Assembly (NCBI GenBank): GCA_028534125.1
Contig: CM052817.1
Coordinates: forward strand, 98,024,001-98,088,000
Length of the DNA stretch: 64,000 bases
Direction of reading: 5' to 3'
Source: Lama glama
Taxonomy: Eukaryota
The notes below the pieces were generated by a model, which ran no database searches, was not told the origin of the DNA, and worked only from the letters and a program-made list of their open reading frames with translations. The first letter of the stretch is position 1, and every line of letters begins with the position of its first letter. The position numbers and the translations under genes are program-made. Below are positions 36,263 to 49,478 of the stretch, piece after piece.

Positions 36263-37234
36263 GGTTGATGTTCTCACTAGAAATATGATCTATATTTGTT
36301 TGATGTCCTAGAAAAGCAGCTTGAGCTTAATAAAAAGGAGAGAGAGAGATCTGAGGGATGGCTGAGTGGTAAGTCCAGGTCTGACTGCAGTGGGCATGTG
36401 TCCTCCACGCTGGTTTCTCAATCACAACAGTATAATTCCCTTCACTCTGCAAAAGTGCCTGAAAATCAGGACCTGTACATCTTGATATAGCATCAAATAT
36501 TAGGCTGCTATTTATTTTCCTAGAAACTGCTCAGCAAATTTGCATCCAGGATATGCCCAACTGAGTAAGGCAATAGCACTGGGTAAGTTTGGGTAACTTG
36601 TCTGAAAAGTCATTCTTGTTGGAGTACAATGGGATAGCTATTGTTTCATAACTTTTTCAAACAATTCAAAAATTGATGTAATCTATTATTAGGTAGAAGA
36701 AGCATGTGGATTTTTTTAAAGTTATAACATTGTAAAGTAGAAATTCATCTGAAAAGGCATACCCAACATTATGCATTCAGAATAACAAGAAGCTTTCTCC
36801 CTTTTGAGAATAGTCATGATTTTATTTTGCCTTCCTTTAGTTTTTAATCACTATCCTTCTTGTCTAAAAAGCAAATTAAATTGTCCCAGTGTTCAGCTCT
36901 TTGTTCATGCAAATAAATGAAATCTCTTTGTGAATTCCATTGTTAGCATGAAAATCTAATTTTGGGTTCTTAGTTACACCCAATATTCTACCACAGATAA
37001 CATCACAGCTATCAATTAATTGTATTCCTTTTATACTTTGGTTGCAATAAAGATAACAATTTACAGATTACCAAAAGGAAATTTTTGTAATCTTGGAAAT
37101 ATTAAGAAGTTTTCCCAGGCAGCTAAGTTCTGTTAGGATCTGTACATAGTCCTTGTACTATAAACAGAATAACATGTTTGCAACCTAAAGTGTCTCTTTA
37201 TTTCAGATAGAGAAAATTCTCATCTCTTTGAAAT

Positions 37235-37560
37235 GTGTGTATTAGTTACCTTGTGCTAAGTTGGGCTGCAGTAACAAATGACTCCAAGTCATCTGTCATT
37301 TAAAATAACAAATGTTTACGGCTTATTCTCATTGCATATTCACTGTGGGTTGGCCCACCTGAAAGAATTCTGCTCCATCTCTTTTTCATTTGTTGACCCA
37401 GGTTAATTGAACAGCCCAAATCTAGGATTGCTGGGCTCATGTCAGACAGAAAAGAAAAGGTACATTGTCACTTCAGCTCACATTTCATTGACCAAATCAA
37501 GTCACAAGTGTGATGTCTGTCAATAGGGTAGAAACATACAGGGAGGAGCTGTGTAGATCT
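37235..37560 (-). mobile_element. Old MaLR LTR (MLT1I/J-like)
   Basis: 'tgtattagtta...gctaagttgggctgcagtaacaaatgactcca...cacttcagctcacatttcattgaccaaatcaagtcaca'. Confidence 0.7.
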
Positions 37561-38379
37561 TTGGCTACTGAATGCAAAGCTAGGAGCATGAAAAGGCTAC
37601 ATGACACATACCAAAATTCACTGTGATCGAGTATGTCCTGGGAACATTTTATCTAATCTGCTTAACTCTTCACAACAATTTGATTGATGGGATCAATTGA
37701 GGATTTTTCCCAAGTGCCCAATATTTCATCATTTGTTATTGTGTCCTTAGCTTTTGGTAACCTCAGATTATTTGCCTGTAGAATGACAGTTCAGTACATT
37801 TTCATTGTGAATAATCAGGGAATTTGGTACTTTATGCAAGGTTTTCCTTTTATTCTTTTCCCCCTTGAAGTAAGAGAATACAGGACCACATGAAGCCGCC
37901 ATATGTATTTATCTCATTAGCACTTCACAATAAATGGATATTAATTCATGTTACTATAAATTACAATGGAACGTCCAAGCTGCCATGGAATCACACCTCA
38001 CAGCTTCACGGATACCTAGAGAGTTGCTGGGGAGTAATGTGATTATCACAAGCAACACCAGGGAAATGATATCATTTGTTGCCTATGATAAAATGCTACC
38101 CATTTTTCTTAGATGCTTGGCAGGTTGAAATAAATTCTTTTAAAGTCAACTTATTTGATTAAAAAAAAAAAAAGTCTTACCATTTCCCCCTTCCCTTCCT
38201 CATCCAGAAACCTTTAAGAAACAGGTGTAAAAACCAGCAGGCAACTAAGCATGTTGAGGACTTTCTTGGAGAGAAAGCTGTTAGGATTAGCTGGGATATT
38301 CTAAAGAGCACTAATAATATTGCTGCCCCAGAAGTTTGTGGTTAGCTACCCTGACGTATGCTTTGGAATTTAAATTATG

Positions 38380-38475
38380 ATCAGATAGATAGATAGGTAG
38401 ATAGAGAAAGGAAGGAAGGGAACGAGGGAGGAGGAAAGAGAGAAGAGACAGAGAAAGGAAGAGAGAAAGAGGGTG
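38380..38475. repeat. (GATA)n plus GA-rich low-complexity tract
   Basis: Directly visible. Confidence 0.85.
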
Positions 38476-40239
38476 AGAGTGTGTCATCAGAGAGCAAGAT
38501 TATTTCAACTGGTGGTGTAGATTTATCATAGCTAGGTGCTGATATAAAGCTGATTTTTCTTCCTTCGTCAGAAAGTAACACCCGTTGACAGTGACGCTTC
38601 CTTAAAACAATTTCCCACTAGAAGCCATCCCCTGGGAAAGGCCTCTTCCCTCTCCTTTGGCCATCCCACTAGCCAGGCAACACTGGCGCTGTATACAGGT
38701 AGGTATGTGGGTTGCCAGTAGCTGCTAGATCATACTCTGGATTATTATTCTGTGTCTGGATGCCCAGAACAGACCGATACCCTGGCTTCCTTTGAAACTA
38801 TGTGTCCAAATGCTTTTTGTCCCTCAGGAACCAGAACATTCATGTATTATCTCTTTTTTTCAAATTCCAAGGCACCGCTGTGCATTTTCTACTACCTGTT
38901 TGCATATTATATTAACAAAACGTTGCATATTCTATTAACAAAAATGCTCTTTTGAATTAAAACATAATAAGACAAAAACTAAAGAAATAGCTCGGTATGA
39001 AAAACCAAGCTCGTGCATTCATGGGCTCACCACTGAATTACAATTTCACAATTATACATGTAACGTGTGATTTTTTTTTTCCATAACCAATCACTAAAAT
39101 ACCCACGGGGTGAAGAGAATAGAGACAATACATCTAGTACAGCATCGCTACTGTCTTTGGATTTCTTCCCTCGATATTCAGGTGCCTCCTTGCAATTTCC
39201 CCATTGCTGAAACACCTCACATATTCTGCCCCCCAACTAGCAACGCATTTTTTTTAAGTCTGGCGCCATCTTGATCAGTTCATCTCCACGCTGACAGTGT
39301 CTCTTGGAATGAGATGAAAATTTTCTATATAAAAATTTTTACACAAAGTGACTTGTTTTTCTACTTGGGTGCACACATAATCTTTCAGCGATGAGAGAGA
39401 CAACTAACTCTTCAGCCTCTAAATACAAAATATGAGCAAAGCACCTGTAAGACGTGTTTTCTGCCGTGATAGCAACACCGGTGGCCACACAATCATCAGT
39501 GTAGCCTGAAGTCTGACTTAAATTGGCCCTTTCTGTCTGCTGTTCCTGTTTTAAAGGAAAGTTTCAGGAGTCTTTTATTAGTGAAATTTATCCCTTTAGC
39601 CTAAGAAAAGATGTGGCTGTCAAAGGAAATTGTTCACATTTTTAAAAGTAATTTTGCATGGAAAACACTGATTTTATCCTATGTGCGTGATAATTTACCT
39701 TTGCCTTATAAGGGCTCAAGAGAAAATGTAATCCCTGTGCCACAGGAAAGTTCAGAGATGTCACGCTGAACGTTCACATAACTAGAAATAGAGTCAGACT
39801 TTGAATTTTCTTATCCCTATATTATGGTCTAATATGCTCAAGGAAATAGGCTTTTATCTAGGAACAAAGTGAAAATGGGAGAACATTAGTTCTATGAGTG
39901 AGAGATCGGAATACATCCCTTTTCCTGCAATATCATTGTTAAAAACAATAAGTTTAGGATTGTTGCATTCATTGACTAGTAATGATACACATACAAAATC
40001 TCCTTTATCTTTTATCTTTTTTCTTTTTTTGAACATTTGCATTGTTAGAATACACCTATTTCAAGTTATGGTGACATTTTTGAGTATGGAGAATAGATTG
40101 TTTGAATTATAAAAGTACAGCTTCTTAATGATGAAACAGTAAGGAGAGTGGCATTATCTTTTTCTCAGACCTCCTCAGTTTGTAGAGCAGAGCACATGCT
40201 AACATGCTTGCTTGTTGTTATATTATAGAGGATTGTCAC

Positions 40240-41450
40240 AAATAATTAGATGATGGTGAGCTACTGTTAATAATTCTATTATCAGGTTCACGTCTCGTAA
40301 TTCAATCTGAGATATACCCTGCAGGTAGAGTGGATACAGGCTTTGGCTGGTGGACTTGAACATAGGTTGTGAGAGAAAGCAAAGCGTCAAGGATGACTCC
40401 AAAATTGAGCATCTGGGTGAATGGACACATGAAGGAGCTGGATGTGGATGGAGCAGGAGGATATCCACAATTCTGTTGTGTATCTGTTAAGATGCTGAGT
40501 GAACAATTGGATATACACGTCTGGGACTCAAAAAAGAGGCCGAAGGTAGAGCTTTATCAGAAGAAAGGTACTGCTTAAAAGATGAGACTGAATGGACTCA
40601 GAGAAGGAAGAGGGGGTAGAACTGAAGAGAAGCATCTGAGGACTGAAGAAAAGAACCATTCAGGAAGGAAGGAGAGAGAGGAGGAGGCAAAATGTCAACA
40701 TTACTTCAAGAAGTTTTACCATAAAATGGATCAGAAATGGGTGGACGGTAGAAAGCAAATCTGGTGTCAAGGGAGAGGCTGCTTTTTAAGATGAGAGACA
40801 TTATTTCATGTCTGTCCACTGATGAAAATCATCCAACAGAAGAGAAGAAATTAAAGAAGAAAGCGGGATTCAATGCAAGAGAAAGGTTTTGCTTATATAA
40901 GAGGGGATAGGAATACGGTGCGCAAGTGAAGGGATTGGTCTCATAGGGAGGGCAGAGACACCTCATTCATCATGTAGGAAGAAAGGCAGAGTTTATGGTG
41001 ACAGATGCAGGTAGAACAGCTTTTGTGCTGGGAAGATGAGGACACAGGCTTCTGGTTGCTTCCAACTTCTAGGTAAAACATCAAACAAGTTTTATCAGCT
41101 GAGAAGGAGGATTGCAGACATGTTTGCAGAAAAAGGAATGGTTAAAATAGTTGTAAAAGGCAAATTGACAAGACAAATAAGATTCCTGGGCAATACTTCT
41201 GACTCACTTGAGGTTGTGCTCATAATTTAACAAGGCCAGTCATCATGACTGTGGACATTTTTTAAGTCACTTTCTACTCTGAGGATGCATTTTTAACTGT
41301 GGTTGATGTTTTATTATGTGAAATGATGGGGGGAAGAATGGCAATGTTGTTTAGGGGATTTTCAAAAGAAAGATTATAGTGAAAGACCAAAATGGACCAT
41401 ATGAATTGAAGCTTGGCAAGAAAAGATGGAAGTTGTGAGTTGTATGGTGG
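40240..41450 (-). mobile_element. L2 fragment (ORF2 region)
   Basis: 'gcgtcaaggatgactccaaa', 'ttggatatacacgtctgggactca', 'ttcaagaagttttaccataaaatggatcagaaatggg', 'ggtgcgcaagtgaagggattgg'. Confidence 0.7.
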
Positions 41451-41459
41451 ATAAATGGT

Positions 41460-42488
41460 CCCAAAGTTGAACTCATAAGCTCTCTCTCCAGACCTAATCC
41501 CTGAGTTTTATTTTCTTCTCAGTGATGGCTCACCTAGTTCCCTGAGCCAGGAATCTGGAAATCATCCTATATTTCTATTGCTTTTAAATCCCCAATCAAA
41601 TTCTATCAAGTCGATCTCATATTTTTCAAGTCTATTTTCTCTTCTTCGTCTCTCTACTTGAGCATATGGTTATGTTCTTTGGTCACTCACATGGATGTTG
41701 CAGGATATTCCAAACTGGTTCTTTTATTCCTTTGCAGACTTTCACTTCATTGATCCATGATCTGCAGTTACCAGAATGATTGTTAAGATCTGATCATACT
41801 ACCTCTCTACTTAAATATATTCATTGTCTCCAAATACCCTGCAGAATAAAGTCCAAAACCTTTAAATGACAGAAGAATAATGGTAGTTAATAATGGGTCT
41901 TCAATAGCTGCTATGTGCCAAACACTGAGCTAAGCTCAAGGAATCCTTGTAGTCTCAGGGACAATTGATTGAATGATTGATTGATTGATTGATTGATGGA
42001 TCATTCCATAGAGATACTATGTTACAGACAAAAAAATGGAGGGACAAAAACATTAGGAAACTTAAACAAGGTAATACTTGGAAGTGGAAGAGCCACAGTT
42101 TGGACACAGTTCTAAGTCCAGAATGTGCTGTCATGACTGTAAGACAATACTGTCTGATTATAAGGCTTGGCATAATCTGACTTGCTTATCATTCAAATTT
42201 GTCTCTTACCCCCTTGGATTGACCTTCTTCCATAAAAGCCAGATTCATGCTCCTTTTCTGTATTTATACATCCTCTTGTGCTTAGAATGCTTTCCCCAAA
42301 TGTCCCTCCTTCTCCTCAACTCCATACACTACCCATCTTTTGTCAAAACATCATGAATTGATTTATGATTCACTTCCTTTTCTGAGGGCTCTGGGTAGAA
42401 TGGATATTTTTTTCCATCCCCCATTCAGCCTTCTATTACTGTGTCACTAATGTTTTGTTGCACTTTTCTGTTTATCTGTTCATGTCTC
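41460..42488 (+). mobile_element. L2 3' region interrupted by a MIR (41875-42150)
   Basis: 'gagccaggaatctggaaatcatcct', 'gatctgatcatactacctctctacttaaa', 'cagaataaagtccaaaacctt', 'tgcttagaatgctttcccc'. Confidence 0.7.
41875..42150 (-). mobile_element. MIR SINE containing (ATTG)n at ~41964-41997
   Basis: 'ctatgtgccaaacactgagctaagc...gttacagacaaaaaaatggaggg...agccacagtttggacacag'. Confidence 0.65.
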
Positions 42489-42906
42489 TATAAAGGGCTA
42501 AATTGTGTTCCCACTGTCAATTCATACAATGATGTTCTAACCTTCAGTTTCTCAGAATGTTAAGTATTGGGAGATAAAGTCCTGAAGAGGTGATTAAGTT
42601 AAAATGAGACCATCAGAGTGGACTCTAATCCAATCTTATGGGTATCTTCATAAGAAGAGGCAATTTGGGCAACCAGAGAGATGCCAGAAGTGTGGTCACA
42701 AACAGAGCAAAGTTCATGTAGCTCTTGTGAGGACTGAGTGAGAAGATGGCCATCTATAAGCCAAGGAAAAAGGCCTCCAAAGAAGCTCGACCTGCAACAC
42801 TCGGTCATGGACTTGCAGCCTCCAGAACTGAGAGAAAATGATCTTTTGTTGTTTAATCCACTCAGTCCGTGATATTTTGTTATGGCAGCTCTAGCAAACT
42901 AATACA
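42489..42906 (+). mobile_element. MaLR solo LTR, MLT1B-like
   Basis: 'gggctaaattgtgttccc...gaggtgattaagttaaaatgag...gagaagatggccatctataagccaagg...cagcctccagaactgagag...gttatggcagctctagcaaactaataca'. Confidence 0.9.
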
Positions 42907-43039
42907 GATGCTCTACCCTTAGCCTGCAGGGCAAGAACTAATCTTATTTGTCTCATTAACACTTAGGATTCTTCTCCTGTAGCCTCCTCCACCCTCTACC
43001 CAATTCCTTCATCTGACTAATGTTTCAGATATTCAATAC

Positions 43040-43288
43040 TTTTTTTAATAGCAGTTTATTGGGGTTTTTTTTTGAGTTATCTTCAGTTTACAATGTTGTG
43101 TCAATGTCTGGTGTACAGCACAGTGCTTCAGTCATACATGAATATACATATATTCATTTTCGTATTCTTTTTCACTGCAAGCTACTACAAGATCTTGAAT
43201 ATATTTCGCTGTGCTATGTAGTATAAACTTGTTTATCTATTCTATATATACCTGTCAGTATCTGCAAATCTCATACTCCCAGTCTATC
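43040..43288 (-). mobile_element. Young lineage-specific L1 3' stub (artiodactyl/camelid type)
   Basis: 'cagtttacaatgttgtgtcaatgtctggtgtacagcac...catacatgaatatacatatattcattttcgtattctttttcac...gctactacaagatcttgaatatattt'; CAATAC lies on both sides (43034-43039, 43289-43294). Confidence 0.85.
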
Positions 43289-46200
43289 CAATACGCTTTA
43301 CCAGATGCCTAAAAAAAATCATCGAGAATGACTGTGCTTACAGGCAGGAATAAATTATGGGCCTCCTGAATGTGGTCTGCAGCCATTTCATTTTCTGAGG
43401 TCAAAGGGGAGCTCTTTTGTACCATTCATTTTCACACCTCTTCTTCCACTTGTTATTAAGGGTGATTGTTGGATCAGAAGAAATTTGGCAGAGCTTGTAA
43501 AACATAACAGTGATTTGTTTGCCAAAAAGGTAAACAGATGCCCATACCCCTTGACTTTGCTCTCCAGAGTCATCACATTCAAATATGGCACTGTCAGAGG
43601 TATACTGACCAGGACAACGTCACTGCAGGTGTCATCAGACGTTGAGCTCCTACTTCAAGTTTCTGAGTGTGGCCGGCATCAGAGTTATCTCTCCCTTTTC
43701 AAGTGCTTCCTTAATGAAGAGAAAAAGAAGTGCGCTTACCCTCCAGGACATTGGCACGTTTTCACAGTTCCAGTTAAAATATTCCAACTTAATATGGCTG
43801 TATGTTAGTAAATAGCAGGCTATCTAACCAGGATATGGTGAATGCAGTTACTGAAATATTTGGCGTACACAACATGTAAAGCCAGCATCACTTTACAGAG
43901 GGATTCTGTTCCTTACACACAGAACTGTGATTTCAGTTTGCCTTGATTTCTTGGTGGAAACAAAATTCTTAGCAAACAATTATTTTAGCTTTCAGAATAG
44001 CCACCGTTCTGGCTTAAGTGAGAAGGGGGGAAAAAGAGTTGATTTTTGCACTTTGTAAGTCTCCAATATCTTGCTAAACCCTGAGGGCCTTGAAAGGACT
44101 CAAATTGGATTTTGAACCACTTTTATGACCACGTCTTCATTTCTCCTTAATGGTACACCTAAAGTCACAGGGCCTTGTTTCTTCACCAGGAAACTTCAGA
44201 CCAGGTTTGATAACTTTGGAATGACCTAAATCAGCTCATTGAACAGACAGACCTTTTGCACTAACTAAAAGAATGGCCAAGTGTGATTTTGATTTTTTTT
44301 CCCAGAGATTGAGTCGGGGCTAGGAAGAAGAGTGCACTGATGCAGGAAAACCTTTCCTGTTCAAACAGGAGCACACTTACCAACCTCACAGGGCGCTGTG
44401 GAGCTGAGTGAGCAGAGACAGCCTGGAAGCCTCTCTTGCCCCCCAATTCTTTTTGTCAAACTCCTCTCCCCTCTCTGACTTTTATTTTTCAGCCTTCTAT
44501 TAAAGATTCCTATAAAATCCCTTATACTGCAATTTTCTTTCCAACCTAAAAAAATCTTATTAGAGGCTCATGATTCCATAGTCATCACTGTTGGATTCTC
44601 CACACTCCCGGTCCTCCCCATCGGCACTTCCTTTCTTCTGGCTCTGTGGAATTTGCTTTTCCCCATGACTCTACCGCCCTCTCTGGGCCCACTCTTCCCT
44701 CTCTCCTGGTCCCTGAGGGAGGAGCAGGGAATGGATGAGAAGGGACTCAAAAGGCCGGAAGATGAATAAGTCTCATGATAGAAAGTCCTGTGGTATCATG
44801 ACTCCATCAGTGTTTCGATCTTCAGCTAACCCAGAATTTACTACCCTGATTTAGAACATGCTATTCTTTGAATTGGGTTGTTTAGAAACTGCGCAAACCA
44901 CACTTCCCAACTTCATAGAGGCATCTTACCTTTCCTTTCTTATCTTTGTACAGAATCTCCGTAAACTTTGTTGAAGTGCCCCTATGGCCTCTGTACCTAT
45001 TTAAATATCAGGACGCAAAAGAGAGAGACAAAGAGATTGGACTTGTTATCTGTTACCCAAGACATAAAATAGGACCACAAGGAGAATGTTTCTGAAAAGA
45101 TTTGACTTAACAAAAGACTGGTTTTTTTGGTGATGGAAACTTAGGATCTAGGGACAGGGAGGCCCAACGAGAAGCAGGTCATTGATCCATGTCACCTTTT
45201 GCTCGTCCTTCTCTGAAAGTCCCCAGCTCTTCCTAAAACAAGCCCATCTGGGAAGAACAAGGAGGCTTTTTCAGCTTTGGGATGGCTTCAACTCTGATGA
45301 GAACTGAGCCAAATCTAAACATTTCCATTTCTTCAGTGATTTGATAAGCAATCCAGGCCCCAAGATTCAGAAAAGAGGAAGCCCCCAACTCGCAGAGAAA
45401 TACTTCTTCCTGTGAAAGTCAAACGGCTGGAGAGCACAACAAAACCACCATGGCTGCTGCTACAGCGCCGTGTGGATTCACGTCTGGTCTGTGTTATAAA
45501 GGCTGAGGGAGCCTTAACCTCCTTCCAACACCCCCCCCCATACCTCCATCCTGCTGTCCTTGACTTAAAGCCAAAGTCTTGCTATACATTTATTGGAGCA
45601 CAGTTCAAATACTCTCCAGCTCTCTTGTCTATAAAAAGGAGTCTGTTTTGGGTAATGTGTCCAGCAGAGGGTCCACCCTCATGTCCAATACAACCCAAGA
45701 AAGCGATGTCACCAGATATCTCCACAGCTCTGAGCAAAACAGGAAAGCCATGGCGTCTGCAACATTCATCCACAGGACAAAAGGTGCCAGAACTTTCCAT
45801 GGGGGAAGACGTGGTCCTGCTGCTGTGGAGATGGCTCTGGGGAGTAGGGGCGGTACCGGAGGTGAGGATATGAGAACATGAGAAGAGACCTCCACAGAGA
45901 GAGGCCAGAGCTGGAACGTGTGAATCCTTGGCCCCATTTCATGCACAGCTGTGTTATAAATGTGATGCACTTGCACGTCTTGGATTGCGTTCAGCCTGGG
46001 TCACAGGACAGCTAAGGTGGGAATAAAAATAATATTACCTTAGGCCTGCCCTCCTCCAGGATGTATGTTTCTAAGAGTTGAAAATTGCGGACATCTGTCC
46101 TCACAGCCACAAGGGCTCAGAACATGACGAATGATAGGCAGTTGGCGACGCCTAGTTCCTAGCTGCCGACAGTTGAGGGGGAGGGGATCTCCTTGTCTCC

Positions 46201-49200
46201 CTCTGTCTCTGTGTTTCTCTCCATCATCTGTCTCAGGATTGGCTGGTGGAGAAAGCCCTCAAGCCAGCTGAAACTTCCTCTGAGCTCAGACTTTGAAGCC
46301 ATGCCTCCACTCCCTCCCACAATCATCAAATAATCAGCCTGATACATGTGTGCATTGCTGAGCAACTGTGGCCCAACAGTTGCTGAGTTGCAAGATGGCT
46401 CATGGGTGTTCCTATTCCACTGGGAAACTGTGTTTGATATTAACCCAAACATAGGCATCGTCTAAAATGCTTGCCCGCATCCCCAGTGTGCATACTCTAT
46501 ATAAGGCTGCCCTTCATGGATCAGAATTCCACAGATACTATTTTATTTTTCATCTTAGGAGTTATGACTTAAAGGGATGGAGGCCAAATTATGGGTGGAG
46601 AAAGTGAGTACTGCAAATGAGGTGTTAACCATCAGAGCCTCACCACAAGGGCGGGGACTGGGGGGGAACAAAGAGAGAAAACAGTGTTTACACATCTCAC
46701 AGGGCCTCCTTCCCCCTGCGAAAAACAGCGCGTCCTCTACTGAGTCCATGTCTTAATGAACCAGATGTAGTTATAAACATGAGGGTGGGAAAGACACTGA
46801 GGGAAACTGACTTTGAAAAGAAGCAGACAATTCTTTGTGTCAGATGAAAGTTTCCCTCGGTGAAGACGGCAGGCAGGGAGTGGAGTAACCGCCCCATGTT
46901 TCTTGCCCACTGCACACAAGAACATTCTCTAAGTAGAATTAAGTTTAAAATTTATATCAGTTGATGCTTGTTTGAGCTTTAATGTTGAGCCTAAAGTGAA
47001 AAGACTCACTCCGGGGATTATGTAAAAATGTTCAAGTCAGACATGATGAACCGCTAACTTCCTTGGGCTCGGCTAATGAGTGAATTGGCTTAGAAATTAC
47101 ACTTTAGCCGGAAACCTACCCCCCTTAAATAAGCCTTTGGTCTTAATGTTCAAATCCATAAAAAGCATTATTGTGGATTTAAGCCTAATATATTTGGTAG
47201 GATCAAAAGTAAGCACCCAAAATTCTTGGCAACTTTACCTGAAGCAGCAAACGTTCTCATAACCTCCCAAATCCTTGAGATTGATGGGATACCAACTTGA
47301 CTTAATTCTGGTGCCATTCCTTTAGAGAAGGGACTCTCCAGGAGGGCAAGGTGAGTTTGTTGGCAGACCTCTGGAAGACAATGCTCTGATAAAGCTGGCT
47401 CCTAGATCATCTGTTTCATTCCGGCATGGAATCCCAGACTATGACATCAGTAAGTGTTCCTGAATCACACAGAAGACCAGTCCCAGTTGCATTTCTCTTC
47501 TGGGAGAAGTAAATTAAAACTCCCTCTCCCAGCTGATAAACTCCAATGCACTTAATCCATTTACAAATATTCATTACAAAATACATAAAATGAGAACAAA
47601 ACATTGTAGGTGACTGATACACTCTCAAAATAAGGGCTATTGTACAGGGCCAGCACCCAGAAGGGCTGATGAAAAGGCAGATGACATGACATTGAAGAAT
47701 TAATGGAAATCTGCTAGTGGATCTAAGTTAAGTTTTAATATGCTGTCCGTCATATTTTCTTTCTCTTTGGATTTGAGACTCCCTTTGACAGAAAACTTTG
47801 TCTGTGTGTGTTTACAAGATACTTTTTAATTCTAAAAATTATAGGAAGGTATAGAAGTGAACGAGGTGTTGGAAAACAATGGAGTAAAACTGAAATGTAG
47901 GTTGTGCAGATATAAAACATGTCATATATATTTTCATAGTTGATTTGAAAAATGGAATTTGCAGCCCTATAACCTAAAAATTAAGACCCCCACACTTGTA
48001 GCAAATTAATCACTTTTCTATAGTGGCCCAATAGTAAGTGAAACTGAGGTCATTTTAAAGCACACAGTATTTTCAGAGCCTTCTCAAAACCAAGAAAACC
48101 TACTCTCTCCTTTTTTCATAATGAAGTTGGAAGTGAACTTCATTTGGACTCTTCCCCTGAAACAATTCAACGTTCAAAAGCTACTGAGACATGAGTTCTG
48201 TTTTCCCCCCACTTTCTCAGCCTCCCAATTGTCTTTCATTTTAAAAGCACTGAGACTGCTAATTTTTTTATTATCTAGTTTAAAAAATGGTTCCCTCAAA
48301 TACTTTTCGCATAAAAATGGCAGTAGAAACTCATTTCTCTTGAACCTTGATGACCTGAATTTCTTCCAGTCCTACAAAATTTTAAGTCTGCAAGAGTCAA
48401 TAGACTCCCAAATTGATTTTTTTCGAACTTCATCATTTTTTTACTACTTGATCCAGACACTTTGACAACTTTAGTAGCAGTTGTTTTTTGGTTTTGTTTT
48501 TGTTTTTCGCCATCCTTTTCTCCCCTTCTCATGCCTTCCACTTTCCTGTCTCATTCCCATCATGTCTTTCTCATGACCTAGTCTTCTTTCTCTCTTTCCC
48601 TTTTTATTCTTTCTTTTTTTGGTCTATATGGCTGGGATCCATTCTAAGTTATTTCCCAAATCTTTTTCACCCATAATTCCTTTCACAGTGTTAGTCTGTG
48701 AGAGAATGAGAGTATCATTGTGTGGTATAAACAAGAATTCATGCACAGTAAGGAACAGTTTGTTGGTCTTTCTTGGATGAGTGGGCTAGTAACTCTCTTT
48801 TAAGGCTGAATTAAATGCTGCAATTGTTAATTAACTCTCTTGATAAGAAATAACTCAAAGCAAAGCATGGCTAAATAAAGCAGCAGTTATCCGACCCTCA
48901 ACAGTACGGTATTCATCTCAAGGTTTTTGCCCTCATTGTCCAATCCCTTGTAAGAACTGAGTTTATTAAAATTTCAGCTCTTTTCCTTTTTTGATGGTTT
49001 CCTCCCTCAGAATGTAGAAGTTACCAGTGACTAGAGTGGGAAAATGCTAATAAACTGAGGAAAGACTTTTTCATATCAAAGGGTTCTAACCGAATAATTT
49101 TTCTTTTAGTCTCTGAATCACACCGATACTCAGATTCTATAAAAATGAGAAACAAGTGTCTAAGCCTTAATTTTTTAACATTAGCTTATGAAATAAACCA

Positions 49201-49354
49201 TCTAGGATGGTAAAGATATCTTTAATCATCTTCTGTAGTTCCTATCTGAATCCAAGGGAGAGAAAGAGAACGCAGGGATATAATATCTAGAGATGGAAGG
49301 CAGCTACCTTAAAATAGAAAGAGCAAGTGTTCTTAAAGAGTATTTAATCATTAC

Positions 49355-49478
49355 CTCCTCCCACAGTGTGAGCGTATTGAAGGAAGGGCCCGTGACTTAC
49401 CCATTTTCATGTTTGGTCTACCTGGCATGATGCCCGTGACGGTAGAGGTGCTCCATAAGCATTTGCTGAATGAATGAG
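49355..49478 (+). mobile_element. L2 3' end
   Basis: 'gtgagcgtattgaaggaagggcc...tacctggcatgatgccc...gtagaggtgctccataagcatttgctgaatgaatga'. Confidence 0.8.

Noticed and set aside
40240..42488. Inverted L2 pair as a dsRNA or inversion signal
   Set aside because: The two old fragments are too diverged to pair, and I see no TSD or junction evidence of a single event.
45658..45676. CTCF-like site CCAGCAGAGGGTCC (also 50186-50199)
   Set aside because: Two mismatches in the core each; such matches are expected by chance in 64 kb.
45412..45976. Four overlapping ORFs (72-153 aa) on both strands
   Set aside because: No recognisable protein similarity or consistent exon structure; expected by chance in locally GC-richer DNA.
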